Part shown: positions 37,921 to 48,100 of the stretch, one piece after another | Layout of the letters: each line of letters starts with the position of its first letter | How positions within the stretch are numbered: the stretch's first letter is position 1 | From: an uncultured virus (IMG/VR IMGVR_UViG_3300020166_000018) | Lineage: Duplodnaviria; Heunggongvirae; Uroviricota; Caudoviricetes | Reading direction: 5' to 3' (one strand) | DNA: 64,000 bases | Virus record (IMG/VR): IMGVR_UViG_3300020166_000018 | Made by a program: the position numbers and the translations under genes | The notes under the pieces: model-generated | What the model was told of the DNA's origin: nothing | The model's database searches: none | The model's input: only the letters and a program-made list of their open reading frames with translations

Positions 37921-39576
37921 ATGTCACAATTAAATTCTCTTTTGAATGAGTCTGCTGGAAGTTGGAAAAACTTACAGTCTGACGCGGCTAAATTAGCCAA
38001 CAAGTGGGATAAAACAGGTTTGTTAGAAGGTCTTGGTAACGAGAACCATAAAAACAGCATGTCAATGATCCTAGAAAATCAAGCAAAACAATTAGTAACT
38101 GAGATCTCTCAAGATGGTGGTTTACCTACTCCAGGTGCTGTTGGTAACAGCTTTTCTGCTCAAGCAGGTGCTGGTGCTCAATGGGCTGGTATCGCTTTAC
38201 CATTGGTAAGAAAGGTATTTGGTCAAATCGCTGCTCAAGAATTCGTTTCTGTACAGCCAATGAACCTACCTTCAGGTCTAGTATTTTACTTAGACTTCCA
38301 GTACGGTTCAACTAAGAACGACGAAACTGGTTCTGATCCTTTAGCTTTCACAGAAGGTGACTCAGTTTACGGTACTAAAAACTCAGGTGAGTACCCATTC
38401 GAAACTAACGGTGCTGCTGGTAACGGTTTATACGGTCCAGGTAGATTCGGTTTCTCATTGAACTCACACTCTGAAGCTTTAACTGCTGCTTACACTTCAG
38501 CATCTTGGAAAGATGTAGGTTTCGATTCAAACCTATCTGCTTCTGTTGCTGCTGGTGAAGTTGGTAAAGTAACTATTACTCGTGCTGCTGTTGTAGCTGC
38601 TGGTAACGGTGCTGCTGATGTTGATGCTGTAAGAGGTTTCGCTGCTTCTAACGCAGAAGTTGCTTCTCAGTTAAACGCATTCAACTATGCTGATGCTACT
38701 AACTTGTACTTGTTCGTTTCTCAATCTGCTGGTAACGCAGAGGTTGCTGCTGATTTATTATACTCAGTTGTACCACAGGATAACACATTAGGTGATTTCC
38801 AAAACACAGCTGCTATCCCAGAAATCAACATCCAAATGCGTTCAATGGCTCTTGTTGCTAAAACAAGAAAATTGAAAGCTGTATGGACTCCAGAATTCGC
38901 TCAGGATTTAAATGCTTACCAAGCATTAGATGCTGAAGCTGAGGTAACAAACATCCTTTCTGAGTACATTTCTTTGGAAATCGATTCTGAAATCTTAGCT
39001 ATGTTGATCCAAGATGCTGCAGCTGGTACTGAGTACTGGTCAGCTAACGGTAACGAGTTCTACGTTTCTGGTGATGACTTCACTCAGAAAGGTGCTGGTA
39101 ACGGTGGTTTCTACAACACTCAAGGTCAGTGGTTCCAAACTTTAGGTACTAAAGTAAACAAATTATCAAACGAAATTCACAGATTAACCTTAAGAGGTGG
39201 TGCTAATTTCATGGTAGTTTCTCCAACTGTATCTACTATCTTGGAAAGTATTCCTGGATTCGCAGCTGATAACTCAGATGCTGAAAAAATGGAGTACGCG
39301 TTCGGTATCCAGAAAGCTGGTCAATTGAACGGTCGTTACAAAGTATACAAAAACCCATACATGACAGAAAACACTATCTTGTTAGGTTACAGAGGTACTC
39401 AGTTCTTGGAAGCTGGTGCGGTATTCGCTCCATACATTCCATTAATCATGACTCCTTTGGTATACGATCCAGATACATTCGTACCAAGAAAAGGTCTATT
39501 GACTCGCTACGCGAAGAAAATGTTAAGACCAGAATTCTACGGTAAGATCTACGTAAACGGATTGAACTCTCTATAA
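37921..39576 (+). CDS. Major capsid protein (T4 gp23-like)
   Basis: LPLVRKVF; VSVQPMNLPSGLVFYLDF; KTRKLKAVWTPEFAQDL; FAPYIPL; PRKGLLTRY; highly biased codon use. Confidence 0.95.
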   Translation: MSQLNSLLNESAGSWKNLQSDAAKLANKWDKTGLLEGLGNENHKNSMSMILENQAKQLVTEISQDGGLPTPGAVGNSFSAQAGAGAQWAGIALPLVRKVFGQIAAQEFVSVQPMNLPSGLVFYLDFQYGSTKNDETGSDPLAFTEGDSVYGTKNSGEYPFETNGAAGNGLYGPGRFGFSLNSHSEALTAAYTSASWKDVGFDSNLSASVAAGEVGKVTITRAAVVAAGNGAADVDAVRGFAASNAEVASQLNAFNYADATNLYLFVSQSAGNAEVAADLLYSVVPQDNTLGDFQNTAAIPEINIQMRSMALVAKTRKLKAVWTPEFAQDLNAYQALDAEAEVTNILSEYISLEIDSEILAMLIQDAAAGTEYWSANGNEFYVSGDDFTQKGAGNGGFYNTQGQWFQTLGTKVNKLSNEIHRLTLRGGANFMVVSPTVSTILESIPGFAADNSDAEKMEYAFGIQKAGQLNGRYKVYKNPYMTENTILLGYRGTQFLEAGAVFAPYIPLIMTPLVYDPDTFVPRKGLLTRYAKKMLRPEFYGKIYVNGLNSL

Positions 39577-39600
39577 TAGAGTAAGACCATAGAAATGATT

Positions 39601-39629
39601 GAGCCCCACGTAAGTGGGGCTCTTTTTTT
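39601..39629 (+). terminator. Rho-independent terminator after the capsid gene
   Basis: GAGCCCCAC-GTAA-GTGGGGCTC-TTTTTTT. Confidence 0.9.
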
Positions 39630-39664
39630 CATATGTATAATAAACAATTAAATGTTATCCTTTT

Positions 39665-40396
39665 ATGGCAGCCAATCATCATAATGATGAGGTTTTCAAA
39701 CAAAAACGAAAGCCTAAAAATCCAATCAAGTTTAAAATTACGTTAAACGAGGAACAAAAAGAAGCCAAAGCAAAAGTCCTAGAAAACACAGTTACATTAC
39801 TAGGGGGTTCAGCAGGTTCAGGTAAAACGTTATTAGCTTGTCAAATCGCTCTCGAGAAATTATTCATGAGAGAAATCGAAAAAATTATTATAACACGACC
39901 TACGGTGAGTAAGGAAGAAATCGGGTTTTTACCGGGTGATCTCCGCGAAAAAATGGACCCATGGGTGCAACCTATTTATCAAAATATGTTTGCACTTTAT
40001 GATAAGGTTAAAATTGAAAAACTTATCGAAGAAGGTAAAATAGAAATCGTTCCTGTATCGTTTATGCGTGGTAGAACATTTTTAGATTCATGTGTAATTG
40101 TAGACGAGGCTCAAAACGTTACACACGAACAAATGGAAATGATTGTAACACGTTTAGGTTTACGTAGTAAAATGATGATATGTGGTGATTCACATCAAAC
40201 GGATTTAAAGAAAAAATCTGAATCTGGTTTTAGATTCCTATACTCAGCAGCACGTAAAATAAAAAACCTATGTGCTATTACATTAACAACTAACCATAGG
40301 GATTCAATTGTAGAAGATTTAATTGGTTTATATAATGAAGCTGAAGAAAAAGGAATAAAACTAGGAACATCAGGTTCTAGTGGTAGACGTAAATAA
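39665..40396 (+). CDS. phoH: PhoH family ATPase
   Basis: GSAGSGKT; IIITRP; IGFLPGDLREKMDPW; FMRGRTF; VDEAQN; GDSHQTDL. Confidence 0.93.
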   Translation: MAANHHNDEVFKQKRKPKNPIKFKITLNEEQKEAKAKVLENTVTLLGGSAGSGKTLLACQIALEKLFMREIEKIIITRPTVSKEEIGFLPGDLREKMDPWVQPIYQNMFALYDKVKIEKLIEEGKIEIVPVSFMRGRTFLDSCVIVDEAQNVTHEQMEMIVTRLGLRSKMMICGDSHQTDLKKKSESGFRFLYSAARKIKNLCAITLTTNHRDSIVEDLIGLYNEAEEKGIKLGTSGSSGRRK

Positions 40397-40432
40397 TTAC
40401 CTCTTTTTCAATATTTATAACCAAAACAAGAA

Positions 40433-41653
40433 ATGGCTAACATCCTAATATATAGTGGTTCATCAGATTTTACCGCTGCATCGGCTTCTTATTATAATAC
40501 TCCATCTACAGGTAGTTCACCTACCCCATTTGGATTTTATGATAGTGATGCTCAATTTAAAGAAGATGCTGATAAGGTAACAAATTTTTGTGCTCGTAGA
40601 TTAGGATGGCCTATTGAGAATGTTGAATTACAAGACATTCAATTTTGGGCAGCGTTTGAACAAGCAGTAACTGTATATGGAAATGAGTTATATGCTTACA
40701 AACAACGTGAAGATTATTTATCATTAGAAGGAGCTGAAGGATTCTCATACTCAGCTGGAGCAGATTTTTCAAATACATTAGTAACTCCTAACTTTAGCTC
40801 TATTGTTAGATTATCTCAACAATATGGTGAACAGGCAGGTGTAGGTGGTAATGTAGATTATCATAAAGGTGTAATCCCATTAACAGCATCAGTTCAAGAC
40901 TACGATTTAGAAGCTTGGGCTATAGCAAATGATGTAACAGGTAGTAATGGTGAAGCCCAAATAGAAATTAAACGAATATTTTACCAACCATTACCAGCAT
41001 CATTTATGTTCTTAGGTGACATGGGGTATAATGGTACTGCTATTGCTATGTTTGGTGATACAGCAGGTTATACAGCATATGGGGCTAATAGCTTTTTAAT
41101 GATGCCTTTAAGTTTCGATATGCAAGCTATCCAACAGGTAGAAATGTATAGAGATGTATTGTTCTCAAACTATTCATTTGAGTTAGTAAATAATAAACTT
41201 AGAATATTCCCTATACCAAGTGAGGATGATGCTTATTCAAAGTGTCTTTACTTCGAATATGTTAATAAAATCGAAAGGTTAGACGACAGTTTAACATCAG
41301 GTTCAGACCAAGTAAATAATATATCTCAATACCCATATAATAATCCTATTTATAATACTATTAATTCAGTAGGTAGAAGTTGGATATTTGAATATACATT
41401 AGCTCTAACTAAAGAAATGTTAGGGTATGTCAGAGGTAAATACCAAACAGTCCCTATTCCAGGTGCTGAAGTAAGCTTAAATCAATCAGATTTAATTGCT
41501 TCTGCTAATGCAGAAAAAGAAGCATTAGTAACTAAATTAAGAGACTATTTTGATCAAACTTCTCGTCAATCACTATTAGAAAGACGTTCAGCCGAATCTA
41601 CAGCTCGTATGAGTGAATTAGATAAAGTACCAATGGTAATTTACGTAGGATAA
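40433..41653 (+). CDS. Neck/head-completion protein (T4 gp13-like)
   Basis: RRLGWPIENVEL; WIFEYTLALTKEMLG..RGKY..IPG..LN. Confidence 0.75.
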   Translation: MANILIYSGSSDFTAASASYYNTPSTGSSPTPFGFYDSDAQFKEDADKVTNFCARRLGWPIENVELQDIQFWAAFEQAVTVYGNELYAYKQREDYLSLEGAEGFSYSAGADFSNTLVTPNFSSIVRLSQQYGEQAGVGGNVDYHKGVIPLTASVQDYDLEAWAIANDVTGSNGEAQIEIKRIFYQPLPASFMFLGDMGYNGTAIAMFGDTAGYTAYGANSFLMMPLSFDMQAIQQVEMYRDVLFSNYSFELVNNKLRIFPIPSEDDAYSKCLYFEYVNKIERLDDSLTSGSDQVNNISQYPYNNPIYNTINSVGRSWIFEYTLALTKEMLGYVRGKYQTVPIPGAEVSLNQSDLIASANAEKEALVTKLRDYFDQTSRQSLLERRSAESTARMSELDKVPMVIYVG

Positions 41654-42231
41654 TGGCATTATACGGAGAAGCAAGAGATATAAGTTTCTTTAGAAACATA
41701 AATAGGGAATTAATGGGTAACATTATTTCCCAACAATGTGTTTACTACAAATATGATTTAGGTGAAACTAAAGTAAATATATATGGTGAAGCCTCTAAAG
41801 GAAAATATTATCACCCACCAGTCCAATTAAATTGTTTAATTGAAAGAAGCGACCAACAATACCCAGAAAGTGAATTAGGTGTTAATTTTACATGGGGTAT
41901 TACATTCAAATTCTTTAGAGATGATTTATTAGATCGTAATAAAGACTTTAATAAAGATTGGCAGTTTAATAGTGTATATGGAGCTAATTTAGTTCCTGAA
42001 GTAGGAGATGTTATATTATACAACCAAGGATATTACGAAGTAGATACTACAAATGCTAACCAATATTTTGTAGGTAAAAACCCAGCATACCCAGAATTAG
42101 ATTCAAACGGTAATAATGCTTTAAATGAAACTGATTTAGCTGATTTTGGCTCTAGTATTTCAATTATTGTTAATACTCATTATGTACCAGCAGATAAATT
42201 AGCATTATCTCCATTTAAAGAAAGATTTTAA
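41653..42231 (+). CDS. Neck protein (T4 gp14-like)
   Basis: Follows the gp13-like gene; NIYGEA..PEVGDVILY..YYEV. Confidence 0.65.
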   Translation: MALYGEARDISFFRNINRELMGNIISQQCVYYKYDLGETKVNIYGEASKGKYYHPPVQLNCLIERSDQQYPESELGVNFTWGITFKFFRDDLLDRNKDFNKDWQFNSVYGANLVPEVGDVILYNQGYYEVDTTNANQYFVGKNPAYPELDSNGNNALNETDLADFGSSISIIVNTHYVPADKLALSPFKERF

Positions 42232-43226
42232 TGGCTAAGAATAATAGAAAACCCGTACCAAAATCACAAAGAGAAATAAGTGAAGGTTTAGTTACCCCAT
42301 TTGATTCTACTATGGGTAACCCTAATGGTCCTAATAAATACTCAGTTGATCCTGATATTAACCAGGCTGGTATCCCTTTTAATCGCTCCGAACAAATGTC
42401 TCGTAAGGGGGATAGCTATAAACAATTTTCAGTAGGTTTAGAAGATATAGATGAATCTATATTTTATTATTTCAACAATGTAATTAAACCTTTTGTTTAT
42501 CAAAATGATGAACGTATAGCAGTACCTGTGATTTATGGTAATCCTGAAAGGTGGAAATCATACCAAAAAGATGGGTACTATAGAGATAAAAATGGTGCTA
42601 TGATGATGCCCATTATCGCTGTTAAAAGAGATTCAATTACTAAAAATAGAAGTATAGCTAATAAATTAGATGCTAATATGCCTAATTTATATACTAGTTG
42701 GCAAAAAACCTATAGCGACAAAAACTTTTACTCTAATTTTAATGTATTAAATAATAGAGTCCAAACTAAACAATTTATCGCAAATGTAGTCCCAGATTAC
42801 GTTAATTTACAATATAGCGTTATTATACAAACTTATTACATGGATCAACTAAATAAAATAGTTGAGGCAATTAACTATGCTTCTGATTCATACTGGGGTG
42901 ACCCAGAACGCTTTAAATTTAAAGCAATGATTGATGGTTTTACTAATGCTAACCAACTTACAGATGGTCAAGAAAGAGTTGTTAGGAGTAATTTTACTAT
43001 CAATATGTATGGGTATATAATACCGGATATAATCCAAAAAGACTTAGCTTCAGTTAAGAAATTTAATTCAAAATCGAAAATAATTTTCTCAATGGAGACT
43101 ACTTCTAACCCAGAGGTATTTGAACCTAATCCTCAAGTTGCCCCACCCGTAGGAGGTTCTGGAGCTCCAAGAGATAGATTAGCAGAAAATGTTAATACAA
43201 GAAAAAGAATAAACACAGATGAGTAA
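42231..43226 (+). CDS. Tail terminator/completion-like protein (T4 gp15-like)
   Basis: VPVIYGNPERW..MPIIAV..PDYVNLQY; synteny after the neck genes. Confidence 0.6.
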   Translation: MAKNNRKPVPKSQREISEGLVTPFDSTMGNPNGPNKYSVDPDINQAGIPFNRSEQMSRKGDSYKQFSVGLEDIDESIFYYFNNVIKPFVYQNDERIAVPVIYGNPERWKSYQKDGYYRDKNGAMMMPIIAVKRDSITKNRSIANKLDANMPNLYTSWQKTYSDKNFYSNFNVLNNRVQTKQFIANVVPDYVNLQYSVIIQTYYMDQLNKIVEAINYASDSYWGDPERFKFKAMIDGFTNANQLTDGQERVVRSNFTINMYGYIIPDIIQKDLASVKKFNSKSKIIFSMETTSNPEVFEPNPQVAPPVGGSGAPRDRLAENVNTRKRINTDE

Positions 43227-43527
43227 CGTAAGATTTTTAGATAATGTAGCAGTAACTTCTTATGCTGCCTCTAATCAATTAGTTGGTTCAACATTCCCTA
43301 GGGTAGTATTCCCTGGAGAAACAAAAACTGTCCCTACTAACCAAAACTCATATGCCTTTGAAGTATTTAACCAAGGTATTATTAATATTACTAGTGGTAT
43401 TGGTGTTACCTTTGGAAGTGAAACTGTGTATTCACATGGTTTATTAAGAATGGAAAGTAAATTTGTTAATGAGGGAACAATTAATGTAAATGGTATCCTA
43501 GAAATAGGTGATGTTTTCACAACCTAA
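43219..43527 (+). CDS. Small structural/hypothetical protein
   Basis: 102-aa beta-rich ORF. Confidence 0.6.
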   Translation: MSNVRFLDNVAVTSYAASNQLVGSTFPRVVFPGETKTVPTNQNSYAFEVFNQGIINITSGIGVTFGSETVYSHGLLRMESKFVNEGTINVNGILEIGDVFTT

Positions 43528-43565
43528 CAAAAAAATATAATATTTATACATAAACGTACGTACAA

Positions 43566-45053
43566 GTGGCTCAAATTAATATTTCAAATACTGGCACATC
43601 AGGAATAGAATCTCCTCAAACAGGAGTTGTAGCTATTTTCTCCAACAGTGCTGACTCAGGAAAACTTTATTATAAATTTTCAGATGGATCTATCTCACCT
43701 GTAGACACAGGTGGTGGTGGTGGTTCCGGTTCATCCGGTACTTCAGGTACTTCAGGAGCACAAGGTCCAGCAGGTACATCAGGTGTCGCAGGAACTTCAG
43801 GAACTTCAGGTACTTCAGGAGCACAAGGCCCAGCAGGTACTTCAGGTGTCGCAGGTACTTCAGGAACCTCAGGTGTCGCAGGAACATCAGGTACATCAGG
43901 TGTCGCAGGTACTTCAGGTACATCGGGTGTTGCAGGTACATCAGGAACTTCAGGTTCAAATGGTACTTCAGGTACATCAGGATTTGGTACTTCAGGTACA
44001 TCAGGCGAAAGCGGTACTTCAGGTACATCAGGCGAAAGCGGTACCTCAGGTACATCAGGTGAAAATGGTACTTCAGGAACCTCAGGTGTCGCAGGTACTT
44101 CAGGAACCTCAGGTGTCGCAGGAACATCAGGTACATCAGGATTTGGTACTTCAGGTACATCAGGGTTTGGTACTTCAGGTACATCAGGATCAGGAACATC
44201 TGGAACTTCAGGTATAGATGGAACATCTGGAACTTCAGGTGTCGCAGGTACTTCAGGAACTAGTGGTGTAGCAGGAACATCAGGAACTTCAGGTTCAAAC
44301 GGTACTTCAGGTACATCAGGATTCGGTACTTCAGGTACATCAGGATTTGGTACTTCAGGTACATCAGGATCAGGAACATCTGGAACTTCAGGAGTTGCAG
44401 GAACATCAGGTACATCAGGTGTCGCAGGTACTTCAGGTACATCGGGTGTTGCAGGTACATCAGGAACTTCAGGTGAAGCAGGTACATCAGGAACTTCAGG
44501 TGAAGCAGGTACATCAGGAACTTCAGGTCAAGGTATTCCTACAGGTGGTACATCAGGTCAAGTATTAGCTAAAATTAACAGTACAGACTACAATACAGAA
44601 TGGGTAGACCAATCTGGAGGTGGTGGTGGTGGTGGTGCTACTGCTTATGCTATTAGAATTAATTATGATACTAATAGTGACCCTGATACTTCAAGTCAAA
44701 TTACAACATCACCTTACTCTAGTAATACAGTAACAGTAGCTTTAAATGCTGTAAATGATGTAACATTCCAATTTGGCTCAGAAAGCCAACCACCGTTATC
44801 TGTAACCGGATATTTTTATAATGCAAATACTGATAAATATGCAGTTTCAACATTTGGGTTAGGTAGCAATGGATATGAAATTTCAAGTGCATTAAGTTCA
44901 ACAATCTCTTCTAACCAAGCAACTAATACATTCTTTAGTTCATTTAGTTCAGATAACTTAAAATTTGATCTAACTCCCGCTAATTATGGTGGTGCTAAGA
45001 AAAATCTCCCTCCAGTTTTTATTCATGTTTATATGGTATTTACTTTTGCATAA
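43566..45053 (+). CDS. Fibre-like protein with G-T-S triplet repeats
   Basis: GTG start; ~270 aa of GTS/GVA triplets followed by GGTSGQVLAK..DYNTEWVD. Confidence 0.75.
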   Translation: MAQINISNTGTSGIESPQTGVVAIFSNSADSGKLYYKFSDGSISPVDTGGGGGSGSSGTSGTSGAQGPAGTSGVAGTSGTSGTSGAQGPAGTSGVAGTSGTSGVAGTSGTSGVAGTSGTSGVAGTSGTSGSNGTSGTSGFGTSGTSGESGTSGTSGESGTSGTSGENGTSGTSGVAGTSGTSGVAGTSGTSGFGTSGTSGFGTSGTSGSGTSGTSGIDGTSGTSGVAGTSGTSGVAGTSGTSGSNGTSGTSGFGTSGTSGFGTSGTSGSGTSGTSGVAGTSGTSGVAGTSGTSGVAGTSGTSGEAGTSGTSGEAGTSGTSGQGIPTGGTSGQVLAKINSTDYNTEWVDQSGGGGGGGATAYAIRINYDTNSDPDTSSQITTSPYSSNTVTVALNAVNDVTFQFGSESQPPLSVTGYFYNANTDKYAVSTFGLGSNGYEISSALSSTISSNQATNTFFSSFSSDNLKFDLTPANYGGAKKNLPPVFIHVYMVFTFA

Positions 45054-45073
45054 AAAATAATTAACACATTTTT

Positions 45074-45102
45074 AAGAGCCCCTCATTTGAGGGGCTTTTT
45101 TT
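45074..45102 (+). terminator. Rho-independent terminator
   Basis: AAGAGCCCCTC-ATTT-GAGGGGCTTTT plus T run. Confidence 0.85.
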
Positions 45103-45118
45103 AATATTTATTAATGAT

Positions 45119-45147
45119 TAGTCTGTTTGGAAAATGAAAAACAACTA
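45119..45147 (+). promoter_or_regulatory. Leader hairpin with GGAAAATGAA loop
   Basis: Stem TAGT(C)TGTTT / AAACA-ACTA; loop nearly identical to 53093-53102. Confidence 0.5.
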
Positions 45148-45182
45148 TTACTTAACTTATATATAAAGTAATATTTTAATAA

Positions 45183-48100
45183 ATGGCGCAATATAACCCA
45201 GAACAACCCGCATTAACACTTGCGGGAAGTATACAAGGTAACGCAGTAGGAAAAGACAAATACGGCATTAATGACCAAACAGGTTTAGGTCCTAATGGTG
45301 CTGATAAATTTATCTCTTATGATATAGTAATATCATCAATATCAACTCAAACTGTTGGTGATAGTGATGTAAGAGACTCTCTTGGACTAAACGTAGGAGG
45401 TCAATATAATGGTTTAGATATTAAAGTAGGTGATTGGGTATCGAGTGCAGATGGTGCTCGTATTTACCAAATTACTGAAATTTCAGAAAAAGCAACTTCT
45501 TATATCTCATGTTCTATTGAAGATACTGGAATGGTTATTGCTAAAACTAGAAGTGATAGAGTTAATAGTATCTCAGACGGTACTGGAGTTGTTATATTTG
45601 AACTTAGTGACAATGATCAACCAGTATTTGCTATTAATACTTTAAATGATTTTAGTAATACTACTGCAGTAAATGCAATCCAAACTTACTTTAATGTTTA
45701 TGAACCTTTTGAAAGATTTACATTTTACCCTGATAACACTGGTAGTGTAGATATAGGTGATCTAGTAACCATTACAGGTTCAGTATTAGGATCCCAAGTT
45801 TCTCCTTATAGATTACTCCCAGCAGAAGAAGATGATACTGTTATTGGGGTAGTTTCTGATATATATGGTGGTAATAATATTAATGTTCGTCCTTACAACA
45901 AAATTATTACTAATTTTACCTCACCAGAACTATTAACTGATGGTATTATAGGTTCAACTTGGTACTCAAGTGGAAGTGATGGAGCGTATGTTACAAGTAG
46001 TGAATTTGGTGACGCTAAGTTTTTCCAATTATCCTTACCAGTAGGATCTTCAGTAACAGGTAGTGTAGATGGACCTAGTTTAGATGAAACTCAATACAAT
46101 TTAGAAATTAATGGAGTTGATGTAATTCCACAAGATGCAGGAGGTAGTACATTAACATTAGCTCAAATAGTAAGTGAAATCAATAACTCATTTTCTTCAG
46201 CTTATGTATCAGCTTCTGTAAATCAACAAGGAGGTGGATTTGCTTCTGCTACTACATTAGGAGCAGCAGGATCAGGAGGAGCTGCAGGTACTTTAGCTTA
46301 CTCCCCTGATTTAATTATAGTATTAGATGGTAATACAGGGGGAACAGGTTCTTACCCTTCAGCCCCAGCAACCTTCTCTATTACTTCACCTAATGGAACT
46401 ACATTTAGTGTAAACCCACAAACTGCAGATTCAACCTATTCAGGATATCCTGTAGCAACAGCAACACAAATAGCATCTGACATAAACACGGCCGCAACAA
46501 GTGCTGGTGCAGATGTAACAGCTACCTCTGGTACTAATACATTAACAATTACAGGTACAGGAGCTGGTACTTTAATTATATCTAATACTACAAATGACCC
46601 ATTTGGTGGAGCAGCAGTAGGTAATGGCTCAGGTACAGGTTTACCAACAGGGACATTTAGTGCTCCTGCTTTAGAAGAATATTTAACTTTAGAAAGAACA
46701 GATGGTGGTGATATTTTACTTCAAGGTAGTTGGATAGAAAGTGTTAATGGTGCAGGTTTATGGGGAGTTTCAGGTACCCCTCCTTTCTTATTAATGCTAG
46801 AAAATGATAATGATACTTTAAGTACTTATTATACAGGTTCATTATTAGATAATAAAACACAAAATATAAATTTCTCAGGATCAGGCGTTGAAGTAACTAC
46901 TTCAGGTTCTGATGGAATATTAGTAAATATAGACTCAAGAATCCCAGTATCAGCAAGTGATGCTGGAGTTGGTTTAGCAACAGAATTTAACTTTAGTGGT
47001 TCAGGGGTAGAAGGTGTAACCATCTCAAATGGAATTGCTACAGTAGAAATAACAGGTGGAGCTGGTAGTGGTACTTCAGGTTCATCTGGTACATCAGGTG
47101 AAAATGGTACATCAGGTACTTCAGGCGAAAGCGGTACATCAGGCTCATCAGGTACAAGTGGTGAATCGGGTACTTCGGGAACTTCAGGTACATCAGGCTC
47201 AGGTACATCAGGTTCATCAGGTACAAGCGGTGAATCGGGTACATCAGGTACTTCAGGCGAATCAGGAACCTCAGGCACATCAGGTGAATCAGGTACCTCA
47301 GGTACTTCAGGTATAGATGGAACTTCAGGTACAAGTGGTGTTAATGGCACATCAGGAACCTCAGGTGAAAGCGGTACTTCAGGTACTTCAGGTGCTAATG
47401 GCACATCAGGTACCTCAGGCGAATCAGGCACTTCAGGTACATCAGGAATAGATGGCACTAGTGGAACATCAGGTGCTGATGGTACTTCAGGAACTTCAGG
47501 TGAAAGCGGTACTTCAGGTACTTCAGGTGCTAATGGCACATCAGGTACCTCAGGCGAATCAGGCACTTCAGGTACATCAGGAATAGATGGCACTAGTGGA
47601 ACATCAGGTGCTGATGGTACTTCAGGAACTTCAGGTGAATCAGGTACTTCAGGTACATCAGGTGAAAGTGGCACTTCAGGTACCTCAGGCGAATCAGGCA
47701 CTTCAGGTACATCAGGAATAGATGGCACTAGTGGAACATCAGGTGCTGATGGTACTTCAGGAACTTCAGGTGAATCAGGTACTTCAGGTACAAGTGGTGC
47801 TAACGGTACTTCAGGCACAAGTGGTATTGATGGTACCTCAGGAACTTCAGGTGCAGACGGAACCTCAGGAACTTCAGGCGAAAGCGGAACATCAGGAACT
47901 TCAGGTATTAGTGGTGTAGACGGAGGTGATGGTTCATCAGGTACAAGTGGTAGCTCAGGCACTTCAGGCTCATCGGGTACTTCAGGCTCATCGGGTACCT
48001 CAGGTTCAGGTACCTCAGGTACTTCAGGTATAAACGGAACATCAGGTACAAGTGGTGCTGACGGTACTTCAGGCACAAGTGGTATTGATGGTACTTCAGG

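Noticed and set aside
4711..43520. Short minus-strand ORFs inside major genes (e.g. 14184, 24439, 36494, 37007)
   Set aside because: Fully antisense to well-supported genes, with composition typical of antisense shadows.
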